DNA of 64,000 bases, from positions 81,654,001 to 81,718,000 of the forward strand of contig OX597827.1 of the NCBI GenBank assembly GCA_951406725.2, given 5' to 3'. Within the stretch, counting starts at the first letter, position 1; each line of letters opens with the position of its first letter. Origin of the DNA: Octopus vulgaris (taxonomy: Eukaryota). Positions 39,600 to 53,204 of this stretch are shown piece after piece. A program made the translations under genes and the position numbers. The notes beneath the pieces are model-generated. The model was not told the origin of the DNA. It worked only from the letters and a program-made list of their open reading frames with translations, and made no database searches.

Positions 39600-39740
39600 G
39601 TGAATATCTCACCCCTTTCTGTCGAAGTGTGTAGGCTCGAAACGTCAAAGACCTTTCCATTCTTCTTGAGTGTCAAACTAATACTCCTACTTGTTGTTCT
39701 TCCACCTGTCTTTGTATTTTGTTTTCTGTAAACTTGAACT
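39600..39740 (+). mobile_element. Short Penelope-like repeat with hammerhead-like motif
   Basis: Homologous to 46232-46380 (-) and 54410-54502 (-); embedded in TA/TG microsatellite context. Confidence 0.6.
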
Positions 39741-39747
39741 ATATATA

Positions 39748-40464
39748 TTGGGTCATCGCATAAATAATGTGGTTTTATCTACAATGTTCTTCCATCTATC
39801 TGGTAGACTTGCAAGATCCCTCTTCCAAAATTCACTTGTCCGTGATGAAAAATACACCTCCAGTTTTGTTTTGACCTCGTCTGTAGAATTCATATTTTTT
39901 CCGTCCAAATGATTATGAAGACTGTAGAATAAATGATGATCAGTTGGGGCAATGTCTGGCAAATATGGTAGGTGGGGCACACAGGTGTTGAATGACCAAA
40001 TCCAAGCTTCTCTGCCAGTTCCTCAACAGTTACGATGGAATTTTGTTCGACCAGGGTTTGCAGGACATCCTCATTGAGCTCTACAGATCTTCCAGGATGA
40101 GGTTCATCTTCTAGGCTGTCGTTTCTGGCTCAGAATTTCTGGAGCCACCGTTGACACTGGCTGATGCTTATTGTCCAATTCCCAAATCCTGCATTAATAT
40201 TCCTCACACTTTTTAATGCATTGTTGCTTTTATTGAACTCCTAAAGCAAAATATGCCAAAGATGCTCTGTTGTCACTTCCATTATAACTTTGAAAAAATA
40301 ACTGTTAAAATCGAACTGCACTCTTCAAAACTTGCACTAAGAATAAGCACAAGGTAAATTTACTTCGTGCTTTTATAACAAGTTAATGCAGGTAGTTTAT
40401 CCGGCCTCTCTGACTTTTAGTTCATGCAATTGACAAAAACCACATTATTTATGGGATGGCCCAA
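39748..40464 (-). mobile_element. Internally deleted mariner element
   Basis: ~30-bp TIRs TTGGG.CATC.CATAAATAATGTGGTTTT with TA flanks; PHLPYLPDIAPTDHHLF (YSPDLAP-like) C-terminus and an N-terminal HTH relic. Confidence 0.85.
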
Positions 40465-41022
40465 TATATATATGTATATGCATGTACTAAGTTATCTATA
40501 ACTTAAAGCAATAAAGTGTTCCCTGTTGATCCATTTTAGTTGAACATCTAAATGCTCCTGGAATACCTAGTGTAGGGCCCCCAAACAACCATGATAGTGA
40601 AATGTACATAGGAACTATAAGACAGGATGTTCAGGCTAAATTTGACAGTATGCATTAAAGGAAAAAGAAACACTGTATCCCAGTATCCCATGCAAAAAAT
40701 ATCAACTTGGTTATGGCTGGGAGATGAGTTTACTCCAAGAAGCCCCACCTCTCAGCTTCCATCCTGCTCCAGAACCTGGCACATGCATTCTTCATTGTAT
40801 CCCTGATAAGATCTTTGAACATCTCCTTGATCTCGGCCATTAACTTGACATTGGTGCTACAGGCAGAGCGGTTGGCTGTCTTTCTCAACTGTGTCCCATA
40901 TTTAGTAATCCATGGAATTACAATGAGAGGAATAAAGAGGCCAGAAATTGGTTCTGACGAAGTTATAAATTCTCCAACAACTACTTCTGACTCTTTCCAA
41001 AGACATGAAAGGAGCTAAATCC

Positions 41023-41865
41023 TAGGTTGTCGAGTATGAAGTTTGTAGAAAAGAAAAAAATTGTTTGCTAATGTTTTAAAAATACAAGGAATAGTCAATA
41101 CACTTTTGCCATTTTAGCAGTAGCTTGTCTAGCCCGGAACTGTAAAAGCCTGGCAATCTAGAGATAATTAAATCTTGGAAGGCCTGTTTTACAACATCAT
41201 TGGAATTAAATCTTTTCCCTATCCAAATTCTGGAAGAAGTGGTAATCAGTGGACATAAGATCATGTGACTATGGTGGCTGATGGAGAACTTCCAACTCCT
41301 GTAGTTTCACCAATGTCATTTTTGCAATGTGTGGTCTGGCGTTGTCTTTCAATGAAATAAGAGTGGATCTGTTGACTAATCTAGGATGTTTTTGTTTTTA
41401 AAGTTTCTGCATCATTTGGTCCATTTGGCTGCAGTATACTTTGGCCATGATTGATGAGCCAAGTTTAATGAAATCATAATGGATCACACCTGTGCCTGAC
41501 CACCAAACACACACCATCAGCTTCTTTTGATGAGTTTTGCTTTTTGGACTGTGTTTTGATGGCTCGTCTTTGTCCAACCATTGTGCTGAACATTTACGGT
41601 TGTTGTATTGGATCACCAGACATCAATCAACTCGTCCAACCCATGCTAGCATGGAAAGCGGACGTTAAACGATGATGATGATGAAACGAAAATAGCAAAA
41701 AATTTATAAATACTTTATAAAGCACAAAATGAGTTACAATAAAGAAATAGATGTGTCAGCTTTCTAGCAAAAAATAAAGCTTGTCAAAATATAATAATGG
41801 CACAAAATGAGCAGCTGTCAAAGTTTACCATATTTCTTACAACAAACTTCATACTTGACGACCTA
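41023..41865 (-). mobile_element. Degraded mariner element containing an RTE 3' tail (about 41620-41683)
   Basis: TIRs TAGGT.GTC.AGTATGAAGTTTGT; KLMVCVWWSGTGVIHYDF and RWQKCI-like motifs. Confidence 0.8.
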
Positions 41866-43194
41866 CTAAATGGCCTTCCAGCAGCAAGCCTCTCCAACCA
41901 GGGTTTAACCATCATCTCTAACTGTTTCATGTAACTGTCTGAATTGAGCCAAAGGCCTTGAGAAAAACACGGGAATGAGTTGCAATGTGTGAATGCATTC
42001 AGAATGGCTGTTGTGTCCCTTTCACAACTTCATAGTCTTCATTGCATCTGGCCATGTCACATCTTACATCCTTTACAGCATTCACAGAACATTGAGCAGC
42101 CACCCTTATGTTGACGTTCTGACACCCAGCATGAATCATCATGATACTGGAAACTGTTTTCCAATATTCAGATGGATTTTTTTTTTAATGGGTGGAGTGG
42201 GTCCTTATAGGATTGTAGAGGTTTGATATGGCACTTAATAGAAGGATTTGTTGTGTCTCTTAATCTATACAAGGCCCCAATAGCAACTAACAAAAGCAGA
42301 CACAAACCACAAAACAGGAGCAATATTATTTTATCGGATTGTTTGTAGATTAAGGGTAGGGTTACTTGTGGAGAGATGAGATAACACTTTATAGAGAGGT
42401 TCTTGTTAAATGATAATATGTATGGATAAGTATGGTACCACAGGGAATAAGAGTCTGTTGATGTTACAGAGAACAGGGTAAATATCATATCAAATAAAGA
42501 ATAGTTTAACTAGGGTATCATCCTGCATAGAATATTTACCATATTTCACTGATCAGAGAATCTGGGATATCACACTGGCTGGAATATTTACCACATTGTA
42601 ATGACTGTTATCTCACACAGCAACCTTCCTCTACGTTTGTTATGACCATCCCTTTAAGGAGTGCCAGTATGTGATTTGAGGGAATTTAGTTGCTACTTCC
42701 GACAGGTCAGTTGACCATGGAGAGGCTCCCTCATTGCTTTCTGCTTGTGTTTTGTTTATCTGATAATAGCTTCATCCATCCTCACTAGCGGATAGTAGGG
42801 GTGGGGCACTGTGTGGATGGAGTAAGGCTGGAAGAGAAAATCAAAACAAAACCATGCTTGTTTCCGTTAATGGCAGCATTTGGTTATCTGTGGGAGTGGG
42901 AGTGGGGGGGTTCTTTTAAGATCGATGGGAGTGGATTGTAACAGCAAGAACAACAACAATTATATCAACAATAGCAATGACAATAATAACAACCACACAT
43001 TGTCATCAGAGACAACAGGCCTTCCAGCACCACCACCACTACTACTACTACTACTGACAACAACAACAACAATCAAGCACAACAACTACTGCTGATTCAA
43101 CAAGAATTACTATACAAATATGGTATAATGGTGGTCGTGATGGTGGTAGTAACAGTAGAAAAGTGATAAAGGAAGACCACCACCATGATACTGA

Positions 43195-43500
43195 TGATAA
43201 TAATAATAATGATAATAATAATAATTATTATTATTATTATTATTATTATTGTCAACAATAATTCTGTCAATATTGATAATAGTAAATGAGAGAAGTAGAA
43301 AATATCACATAATCACCATCACGACCACCACCACAACCACTACCACCACCACCATCACTACCACAACCACTACCACCACCTTCACTACCACAACCACTAC
43401 CACCACCATCACTACCACAACCACTACCACCACCACCATCACAACCACTACCACCACAACCACCACCACCACCCAACTACAACAACTACGCCAACAACAC
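43195..43500. repeat. (AAT)n/(ATT)n and (ACC/ACT/ACA)n trinucleotide array
   Basis: Seen directly; it produces spurious poly-Thr and poly-Gly ORFs. Confidence 0.9.
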
Positions 43501-43578
43501 TATCAGCAATCTCACTGAAGGTTGGTTGATGTTTTATTGAAGGGAACATGAGTGTATATTAATCAATATCTTAACTGG

Positions 43579-43612
<34 letters not shown>

Positions 43613-44109
43613 AACTGTTAATACAGCCAGGCATGACTGATCAATAAATATATAATGGGGGAGGATGTGTGTGTGGGGAGTTATAAGGGAGTAGCAATAC
43701 GGCTCAGCTATAGGAGTGCATACATGCAAATAAGGGTGTATAAATGGATGTATATAGAAATGTATGTGGGTACACGTTTGTATGTAGGCATTAGTATATC
43801 TGTCTGTATGTGTGTACATGTGTGTGTGTACATGTATATGTGTATTACCATTTTATTTATTAATAAACATACTGATGCCCAAACATATGTACAACCCCAT
43901 ATATACATAAGCACAAATGGACGTGCGCACGCCATTTGAACTTCATCGTAGATTTTTGTTTTTCTTCAAATGTCTTGCATCAGGCTTTGATTGACAAAAA
44001 GCAATGCTAGAAGACAATATCCTGGCATTGAACCCTGAAGTACAACATGATGCAGTAAATTGCCTATACATACACCTTGTATGTGTGTGTGCATATATAT
44101 ATACATACA

Positions 44110-44340
44110 TCATTTGATGTCTGTTGTCCATGCTGGTTAAGGTTGGACAATTTGTCCAGAGTTGGCAAGCTGGGGAGACTGCACCAGACTCCAGTCTGTT
44201 TTGGTTTGGTTTCTACAGCTGGATGACCTTTCTAATGCCACCTGCTTTACAAAGTGTTCTGGGTGCTTTTACATGGTACCACATGGGTGCTTTTTATGTG
44301 GCACCATCACAAATGCTTACCATACTCGATGGCATATAAG
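44110..44340 (-). mobile_element. Old RTE 3' UTR fragment
   Basis: CTGCACCAGACTCCAGTCTG...CTACAGCTGGATG..CTT.CTAATGCCA homology. Confidence 0.6.
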
Positions 44341-44559
44341 ACACTTTTTTTCCCAAAACAATGTCTCCAAAATATTACCTTGAGTCTTATCTATGAAACT
44401 GCCCTCCCACCCCATGAGCTTTAATGCACGAAAAACTTCTTTCCTGAATACATGTTGCTGAAACTGAAGTGTGTCTAAGATGCTCCAGTGTCTTTACAGT
44501 AATATATAAGATAGAAGCAAAACAAGGGTTCTACCATCTTATATGTGTGTCTATATTTT

Positions 44560-44850
44560 TAGTGGTTAGGTGTTGCACTCATGATTGTAAGGTTGTAGTT
44601 TTGATTCCTAGACTGGCAGCCTGTTGTGTTCTTCAGTAAAACAATTCATTGCATGTTGCTGCAATCCACTCAACTGTAAAAAGGTAAACGTGCAACAGAC
44701 TGGTCTTCTGTTCTGGGTGAATGTTTGCTTGCTAACCTAATCAGTGGGGTGACAGTATTTGAAAGCTACAACAATGTGATTCCTTACATTGTGACCAGTG
44801 GTGGGGTAAGAACAATCAACAGTCTGGGCAATTCAGTGATATTGTGAAAC
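44560..44850 (+). mobile_element. SINE family C-related, diverged
   Basis: tRNA-like head AGTGGTTAGG...TTGATTCC and a TGTTGTGTTCTT core. Confidence 0.55.
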
Positions 44851-45884
44851 AGTGATATACATACATACATTCATGCATTCATACATGCATGCATATATAT
44901 ATATATCTTATAATATTTAACAGAGTTTGTGTGAGTCTGTGTGTGGTGCATATGTTTCTTATTGATTTGAAAACTGAGTTGCTAATTTTGACGTATGAGG
45001 TATCAAAAGATTCAATAATCTTTCGGCTACCAAATGAAATGTGTTTTTTTGCACAACTCTTTTTTTACTATAAAAATAACCTCGAAAACCAGGTTGGGTC
45101 GCACAATTTTGAGGTCTTTAGCTAAGGGAGGCAACTCTGCCTGAACAATCCTTGTGTCTTAGCTCGAGTGTAATGAGAAAATGTTTAAAATACATGGAGG
45201 GAATGAAACTTCAAAGATATACCATCAATTTTATTAGTGTTATTTAGTAGAAAATCTTCTAATGTAAAGTATGTTTGTCTGTGTTTTGTTTAGCCCAGAG
45301 TTACCTCTGATGTAGCAGACCCATAGATTAGGTATTTGGGTTTTTTTCTTCCTGAAATACTGTAAATCTATGTCTTTATTTTGATGAAAGGGTGTGTTTT
45401 AAGAGAGAGTTGGCTCTGGGTGTGTTTTGTTGCTGTGAAAAAAAAATTTTTTCTCAATATTTTGCACAAAAATTTTAAAAGAAATCTGGAAATCTTTCTT
45501 ACTGCTAACCATTCAAATTCAAATTACAATTGTTGATTGTTGGAAGTCAAGTAGACTGATATGTACATATAGTGTTTTTGTATAGAGTGGAAGTTCAGTA
45601 CGAAGTTTTGAACTCATTATCTTGTGGTTAGTAATCCATTGCCTTAAATTTGAAACTATTAAGTCTTTAAACATTGTTTTACTGGGCTTAGTCTTTTGAC
45701 TGTTACTATGATGGGGTATCACCTTCAAAAATTTAATAGATCATACTGACCTCAGAACGTATTTCAATCTGGCATATATTTTATAGATCTCTGCTTGATG
45801 AACTGCTAACTTTTGAGACATGGTGGGACACAATACTTGATTTCACAATAAATGTAAACACATACACAAACTCACACACATATT

Positions 45885-46035
45885 AGGTGCAAGAATTAGT
45901 GTGGTTTAGAAGTTTGCTTCCCAATCACATGGTTCCACATTCAGACCCTCTGCATGGTACCTAAGGCTAGTGTTTTCTACTATAGCCCTAAGCCAACCAC
46001 AGACTTGGTGGCTGAATTTGGTAGAGAGAAACTGC
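45885..46035 (+). mobile_element. SINE family A, diverged 5' half
   Basis: Diverged homology to the family head. Confidence 0.6.
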
Positions 46036-46231
46036 AGAGTTGTTCATCAGAAAATGACTAGAAAAACATGTTTATAAAGAAGAGTGGCTTGCTTCATCTT
46101 CCCTGTGTGCCGATTCTGCCCTTAAGAAAAATAATACAATGTGTCTATAGCTCATAACACCCAGGCAACACCGAAGTGCATCACTAGTGTGCGTGTGTGT
46201 CTATATATAAATATATGTATATATATATATA

Positions 46232-46380
46232 GTGAGAATTTTAAAAAATACATAAGATGAAGACGAGTGTGTAGACAACAAACAGATGTATTACTTTAAC
46301 ACTCAGGAAGTGAGAAAGTCTTTTACGTTTCGAGCCTATGCTCTTCAACAGAAAGGAACACAGAAATAAACAGGGAGATA
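46232..46380 (-). mobile_element. Short Penelope-like repeat with CUGUUGAA-core hammerhead-like motif
   Basis: Minus strand: CTTT-CTGTTGAA-GAGC-ATAG-GCTC-GAAAC-GTA-AAAG. Confidence 0.65.
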
Positions 46381-49237
46381 AAATATAAAATATATATATC
46401 ATTTAATATACACAATTATAAAAGAGCAACTAATAGTTTCATGCTTTAAGATACATTAAATTGGTAGATTTACATAACATGATATGTATCTCCAAGCAAC
46501 CTTTCAGGCTCAGTTCAAACATTAGATGTAAAACCAGGATGCTGGAATATGGGAAAACATGAAAAAAAGGAGAAAAAAAAAACATGCTGGAGATTGATGC
46601 AAAAAGTGGAATGAGATGAAAGGAAAGAAAAGTAAGAAAACTAAGATCTTCATCTGCCTTGACTGTAGAAACCATAATTAATGTGGCTGGTGTAGAATAA
46701 TGTAACAAAGAAGGCTAAATTCTCCGAGACAGCTACTCAATGTGGAGTGGCCGGTGTCCTCTGGTTTGACAAAAGAAACCTATGTGCTTGCATTTGCCGA
46801 AAAATTTTGGATCATACATGCATATATACATATATACATACATACATGCATACACACACACACATATGTATGTATATATATAATTATGTATATATGTTTA
46901 TACATATGTATGTGTGTATGTATCAACAATATAATTCACTGTAGCTTAATAAAGATTGTGAGATAATTAAGAATATAATATGAGACCAATTGATAGAATT
47001 AGAACCCGGAACAAGCATGTTACCAACTCTACCAGACCAAGTGTCTGCCAACTTGGTGGTGTTGTCATTCAAGAACAAAGGGACCAGATGTGATGATGAT
47101 GGTGATGGTGATGGCAGTGACAATGATGATTATATTATTATTGCAATCAATCAGACACCATTATTGTTGTTGTTGTTGTTACAATTATTACCAATTTGAA
47201 TTCTTCATGACACAAAAAAACAAAACAAAAAAAAATCAATTTCTTCTTTCGTTTTCATTGTCTCAGTTTCTCACCTTAATGACTTTTTTTTTTGTTTATT
47301 TAGCAATTAGAGATGTGAAACTCAGAGTTAGAAAATTCAAATGTTCTCCTTAATAACTATATTATGTTCTGGTACTCTCTATCAGTAGTATTTGCATTCA
47401 AATGTTTAAATACACCCCCACCCCCCATTGCACACACTGCACAAATTTATACTTCCATTTTAGTTTTGATGAATAACTGAGTTTGTCTTTTTATAAATGA
47501 CAGTGATTCAGTGTAGATGCAGTATGTGGGGAATTAAGTATTTTTCACCAGTTGGAATTCTGAAATTTCTCAGTAAATATCAATGAAAATGCCTGCTAGT
47601 ATTCACCAATTCTGGCTTTTTGTTGAAATTTGCAGAAGTTTGTAACAGAATGTTATACTTTCCTGAGAGATAAAGTGCACTCATTCTGTTTGCTCATTGT
47701 CTCTCCATCTGATTAAGGTATTATAGAACATACACTCCACTCTTTAATGTACTGGGATGTGTGCTCTATAATAATTAATCAATTTATAATTGCCAATATT
47801 ATCATCCGTTAAACTCCATATATATTTAGTGAGTGAGGTGGAGAGGTAGCTTCGTGAGTACCTGAATGTATATTTTGTTTTAAACACTACATCTGAAATG
47901 TTTAAAGACTGCATATTTTATAATTATATTTTCCAGTGTTTTGTTTGATCTATAATTACAATTAAACATGTTTGTTGAGGCAGTTATAAAGATTATCAAC
48001 ATTTGAGAGACTGTTTTTGATTGAAGTGGAGAGGTTTATTGTAGTTTGCTTATGACGATTTTTCACACTTTAAAAGACATCCATTGAGTGGAAAACATTT
48101 TGAGATGACAGTATCTCAGAAGCATTCTTTGCAACATTCAGCCAGTCAGAATTATTGTTTCAATATTCAACCACACAAACAGAAAGCCATTTGTTAATGG
48201 ATTGCTGATATTTGTGACGTTCTTTAAAATAGTCGCAGGCTGCTTGTCTTCCACTCTGATGCAAAGAATGCAAACCGTGTCATGTACTGCAGAATTCACA
48301 CAGTTTTACTGCATCTGTTGCTGAACCAAGACACACCATCAAATAGAATAGTTTTATAAGATCAAAGAATATATAACTATCACAGTGAAGTGAATCTATA
48401 TAACAATATAGTGAAGTAAATATATAACGTTTTAGAAAGTTGTAATGTTAAAGTATTCAGACATCTTGGGAACTCAGGGCACAGCTTTCGTTTTTTGTTC
48501 ACAAATTTTCTTAAAGCTTTTCTTGGTCAAATAAAACTACAAGTAAATTCATAAATGAAATTTAATATTGAAGATCACCAAGTGGGTGATATACTTTGTT
48601 AATCCACAATGCCATGTAACTTGGATCCACCTCTGAGCAATGGTCAGCATGCAACTCATTTACTGTAAACATAGAAAATCATCAACAAATGTCTGGTTTA
48701 TGTTTTTTCTATGAAACTATTTCATTTGCTCATAATTTAATGCATAATATACATAATTAGGTACATGAACATTTCAAATTCTCATAGATCCATAAATGTT
48801 TGTAGCTGGGGAAAACCCTGATAAACAAGATGCTTTTATTAAATTGTTTAAGAGTTAAAGGAATGTTAAGGAATCTTGACAGAGCTTTTTCTCTCAATTT
48901 TAAATGTAAGTAAAAAGTTAGTTACCTATAGTAATGCTTTAGAAAGAGACATACCGTTGAGAGAGAAGACATTAGGTTTATTGTAATTACATAGAAGAGA
49001 AAAGGGTCTTGTAGATTCACACTGGAAAAATTTCCTCTATTCATATGATATACAGAAGCTGCAAAGATCTTGGTATGCACTTTAATGCTATTTCTATTAA
49101 AGATCTTACAATATCTTATAATATTTATGGTTTATGGGGAAATGTTTCTTTAAAATTTTACAAAATTTCTAGCCATATTGAAGGGAACATATAAACTATA
49201 TGAAGCATTGTATCACATAATGAAGATGTACATGTCT

Positions 49238-49460
49238 TTGTGGTTAGGCTGTTGTACTCATGACCTTAAGATTGTAGTTATGATTCCCGAACCATGTGAT
49301 GTATTGTGTTCTTGAGCAAAACGTATCATTTCATGTTGCTCCAAATCACTCAGCTGGCAAAAATGAGTAAATCATGTGAAAAAGTGACATCCAATCAAAG
49401 CAAAGTATATACATAAGCCACAGAATCCAGGACAATAGCTTTATGAGCCTATGACTCAGG
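49238..49460 (+). mobile_element. SINE family C-related, diverged
   Basis: GTGGTTAGG...GATTCCCG...TGTGTTCTTGAGCAAAAC. Confidence 0.55.
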
Positions 49461-49769
49461 AAGGACCTTTGATCTTCTCATTTTGATACCACATAACATT
49501 TCATTTCTTATTTTGCTGAAATTTGTGTGCGTCTCTTAGTACCACTCTACATATGTAATCTTTCCTATCTTTGAAGCCACAATCTTTTCATAATATACAC
49601 TAAATTCCATATATTGAGTGCATTTTTGTTCATTTGTAGAGTCAAAACCTCACCACTTTAGAGATAGGGGTAGAAAGATAACTTTTTTCAATTAGGAGAA
49701 AACAGTTCAAATATATTGATAAGAACGTTCATTAAAACAAAAAATCAAAGTAGTAGGAGGTTGAAGTTA

Positions 49770-49875
49770 TGGGGCAAGGGGTTTGTTGATTACTTTGACC
49801 TCAGTGCATAACTGGTACTTATATATATAATTGACCCTGAAGGGATGAAAGGCATAATTGATCTTGACAAAATTT
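49770..49875 (-). mobile_element. SINE family B fragment
   Basis: Reverse complement of GCCTTTCATCCCTTCAGGGTCAAT...AAGTACCAGTT. Confidence 0.6.
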
Positions 49876-49878
49876 GTG

Positions 49879-49879
<1 letters not shown>

Positions 49880-49925
<46 letters not shown>

Positions 49926-50951
49926 GGAACTTGGCATTAACTCTGACATAGTTGAAGTACCTGAAACCACTGCCACAAAACAAGCAAAATGGCTGAAGCA
50001 GACTGCAAAAAAGAATGAGCAGAAAGAAACTGAGGAGTGGTGGAGCCAGAAGCCTCTGCATGGACAGTATGTACTTGGAAGTTGAAATGCTGATGTAGAT
50101 CAAGCAACAACGCATCGGTGGCTGAGAAGTTCAGGACTGAAAGCAGAGACCAAAGGTTTCATATTGGTGGCACAAGACCAAAGCTTGCTCACAAAAAAAC
50201 TACCAGGCTAAAATTCTTCAAAATGGTTCTGACTCTAAATGCAGATTCTGCAACACATTTGATGAAACAAAAGACCATCTCGTTTTGGGATGTCCTGTGC
50301 TGATACCAAAAGAATACAAAAATCACCATGATAGTGTAGGACAGTACTTACATTAGAAAATATGTAAACACTACAAAATCAGCACTCCTGGTTACTGGTA
50401 TGAATACCATTCTGAGCCAGTTGTTGAAGGTAAAAATGTCACCAGCCTCTGGGATTTTCCATTCAATAATGACAGAATGATCCAGGTTAATTGTCCAGAC
50501 ATAATTATTAAAGACAGGGAAGAAAATAATTGTACACTAACAGATGTAAGTGTTCCCACTGATAAAAACATATCTATCAAGGAATTTGACATACTAAATA
50601 AATATAAGAACCTGGAAACCGAAATGCACAAGATGTGGCATCTTAAAACGAGAACTATTCATGTTATTGTAGGTGCCCTAAGTATGATAAAAAAAAGGTA
50701 TGTCAGAAACATCTAGATAAGATCCCAGGAGAACCAGGTCTCAGAGAAATCCAAAAGATTGTGCTGACAAGTACTGCCCGCATCCTTAGAAAAACCCCAT
50801 CCATTTAAATGTCTGTGTTGTATTACTTGAAGATATATAATTACTTCCCCTCCCAACCTTTCAGTCATACTATAACATCTCTTATCCTTCACTTGCCCCA
50901 GGATGCTGGGTGTATAACAAATATGCCGATTAAAAGTTAAATAATAATAAT
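49880..50951 (+). mobile_element. R4/Dong-like LINE 3' part between (TAA)n tracts
   Basis: W.QKPLHGQY, WLRSSGLKAETKGF, KCRFC, LWDFPF, CPDIIIKD, KYKNLETE and IQKIVLTSTARILRK motifs. Confidence 0.85.
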
Positions 50952-51350
50952 GTTTTCTTTATTGGCCACATGGGCCTGCATAGAACATACAGGGATGCAA
51001 ATACAAAGGCACAAATGGAGGGGTTTACTTAGTAAACATAAAACAATAACAAAAATTAACAATAAAATTAAACAAATACAATTCCTCAATAGGGGGAAAT
51101 TTCCAAGGGAAAACTGTGCAAACCCCACAGAAAATCACAGTTTTCCTGACCACTTAGGCAAGTGTTTCCTCTTCCCCTTACTCCACTCAGAAGCACATGC
51201 TCAGAGCAGGCCCATTCACACGAACCATGCTTGCCACACTCTTCCACCTTTTCAATAAATTTTCTAGAAGGGAGCACCTCCCTCTCCACTCTGATCTGCC
51301 TCCTGAGAGGAAAGTGACCCTCTTCAACCTTTTCATCATGGAATGATAAT
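50952..51350 (-). mobile_element. Probable L1/Tx1-like LINE 3' end
   Basis: Minus-strand C-terminal-like ORF remnant (REVLPSRKFIE, RWKSVASMVRVNG) followed by a T-rich 3' UTR; family assignment by recollection only. Confidence 0.35.
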
Positions 51351-51379
51351 AATAAACATAATTAATAATAATGATATTC

Positions 51380-51582
51380 CTTTCTACTGCAGGCACAAGC
51401 CTGAAATTTTGGGGGAGTGTGTAAGCTGATCACATCGACCCCAGTACTTGACTGATACCTAATTTATTGACTCTGAGAGGATGAAAGGCAAAGTCGACCT
51501 CGGCGGAATTTGAACTTAGAACATAGTGGCAGATGAAATACTGCTAAGCATTTCACCCGGCATGCTAACAATTCTGCCAGCC
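51380..51582 (-). mobile_element. SINE family B
   Basis: Reverse complement of the family head and core (GGATGAAAGGCAAAGTCGACCTCGGCGGAATTTGAAC). Confidence 0.8.
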
Positions 51583-52301
51583 AACAAAAACACCAAAAGA
51601 ATAATAATACTGCCAGCAAACAACTAGCAAACAACTAGCTAGAGAATTAATCCCCCCCCACCTCCACACTATAGCACTACTACTACTACTACTACCATCA
51701 TATCACTGAGTTCAACTTCCTCTTACCACCACCACCCTTCCCATACCATCCACCTCACTGTCATTAACACCAAATCTCTCATATTAATTCCTGGTTCTGG
51801 TCATCAAATACTGTGTCTGTCTGTCTGTCCCATCTAACTTTTGGACACACAGACAGACTAACTTCACTGACCACTGGTCAGTTCGAGATACTGGAATGGT
51901 CATGACAGCAGTAATGTGGCCAGTGGAATGAGGATTGTGGGGAGTTAGTAATGGTGGTGGTGGTGGTGGTGGTGGTGGTGGTGGCTAAACAGGGGGCACA
52001 ATAAAGTATGGAAATATAAGAGCTGAAAGTAAAGGAAGAGTCCAAAAGAGGCCAGTAAGTAGGGGAGCAGTAGAGTGGGCTAGTCTATTTGTCTCAGTGT
52101 TTGGTCACATCCTTCTTGTAGGATGTATATCAGTGTGTGCATATATACTGTGAGTGCAGTAAGTGTATGTATGTGTATATGCATGCATGCATATGTGTAT
52201 GTATGTATGTATGTATGTATGTATGTATGCATGTATGTATGTATGTATATGCATGTGTGTGTATATGTATGTATGTATGCATGTATGCATGCATACATGT
52301 A

Positions 52302-53200
52302 TCAGGGAATCCCATAAGTTGTGTCCAATTTTACCTTTCTCAAAATTGAATGAAATTTAATAGTATTTTAGAATGTCTAATGGAATTAAAAATTATTTTT
52401 ATGCTTTTGTGTACATTTGAACTAATTAAATATTATTTTACAGAATAATAGAATTAAAATTTCTTTGATTAAAACTCTTTCTAACATGGAAGTATCCAAA
52501 GAGCATTTAAGGCACATAATGCTTTATGAGTACAAAAAAGGAAACTGCAGCCGAAACTCAGTTTTTGGGAAAGAATGCTTGAATGAAAGAACTTGCAGAA
52601 GATGGTTTGCAAAATTCAATAGTGGAGATTTTAGCCTTGAAGATGAAGATCGAAGAGGATGTCCAGTTGAGTTTGATGATAAGCTCCTTGAGGCATTACT
52701 TGAAGAAAATCCTTCATTATCAGTTGAAGAATTGGCAATACAGCTTAGTTCAAACTATACAACTGTTCATCGACATCTTCAACAACTTGGAAAGGTTCCT
52801 AAACTTGGAAAATGGGTGCCTCATGAATTGTCCAAAAGCATCCACAAATCCTGAGTTGACATCTGCTCATCTCTCCATTCTCGCGAACTCATTTCACCCT
52901 TTTTGGATAGACTTGTGACTGGTGATGAAAAATGGATCTTTTATCGAAATGTTAAATGTTGTAAACAGTGGCTTGGTAAAAGGGAAAAAGCTCAACCACA
53001 ACTGAGAAGGGAACTTCATGGGAAAATGTTTCTTCTCTCTATCTGGTGGGATTGCAAAGGAGTAATTCACTTTGAATTGTTACTATCTAATGCAACAATG
53101 AATGCTCAAGTCTACTGTCAGGATTAGAATGTTTGAACTAAGCTTTGAAGAAAATAAGACCCACTTTAGTGAATTGAAAAGGAGTGATGTTTCATCAGGA
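52302..53200 (+). mobile_element. Mariner transposase pseudogene (3' end lost)
   Basis: RWFAKF.SGDFSLEDE.R.G.P, LGKWVPHEL, LVTGDEKWIFY and LSIWWDCKGVIHFELL motifs with in-frame stops; TA|TCAGGG start. Confidence 0.9.
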
Positions 53201-53204
53201 CATA

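Noticed and set aside
43249-43518. Mucin-like poly-Thr ORF
   Set aside because: It is a trinucleotide microsatellite with no supporting splice signals or flanking coding sequence.
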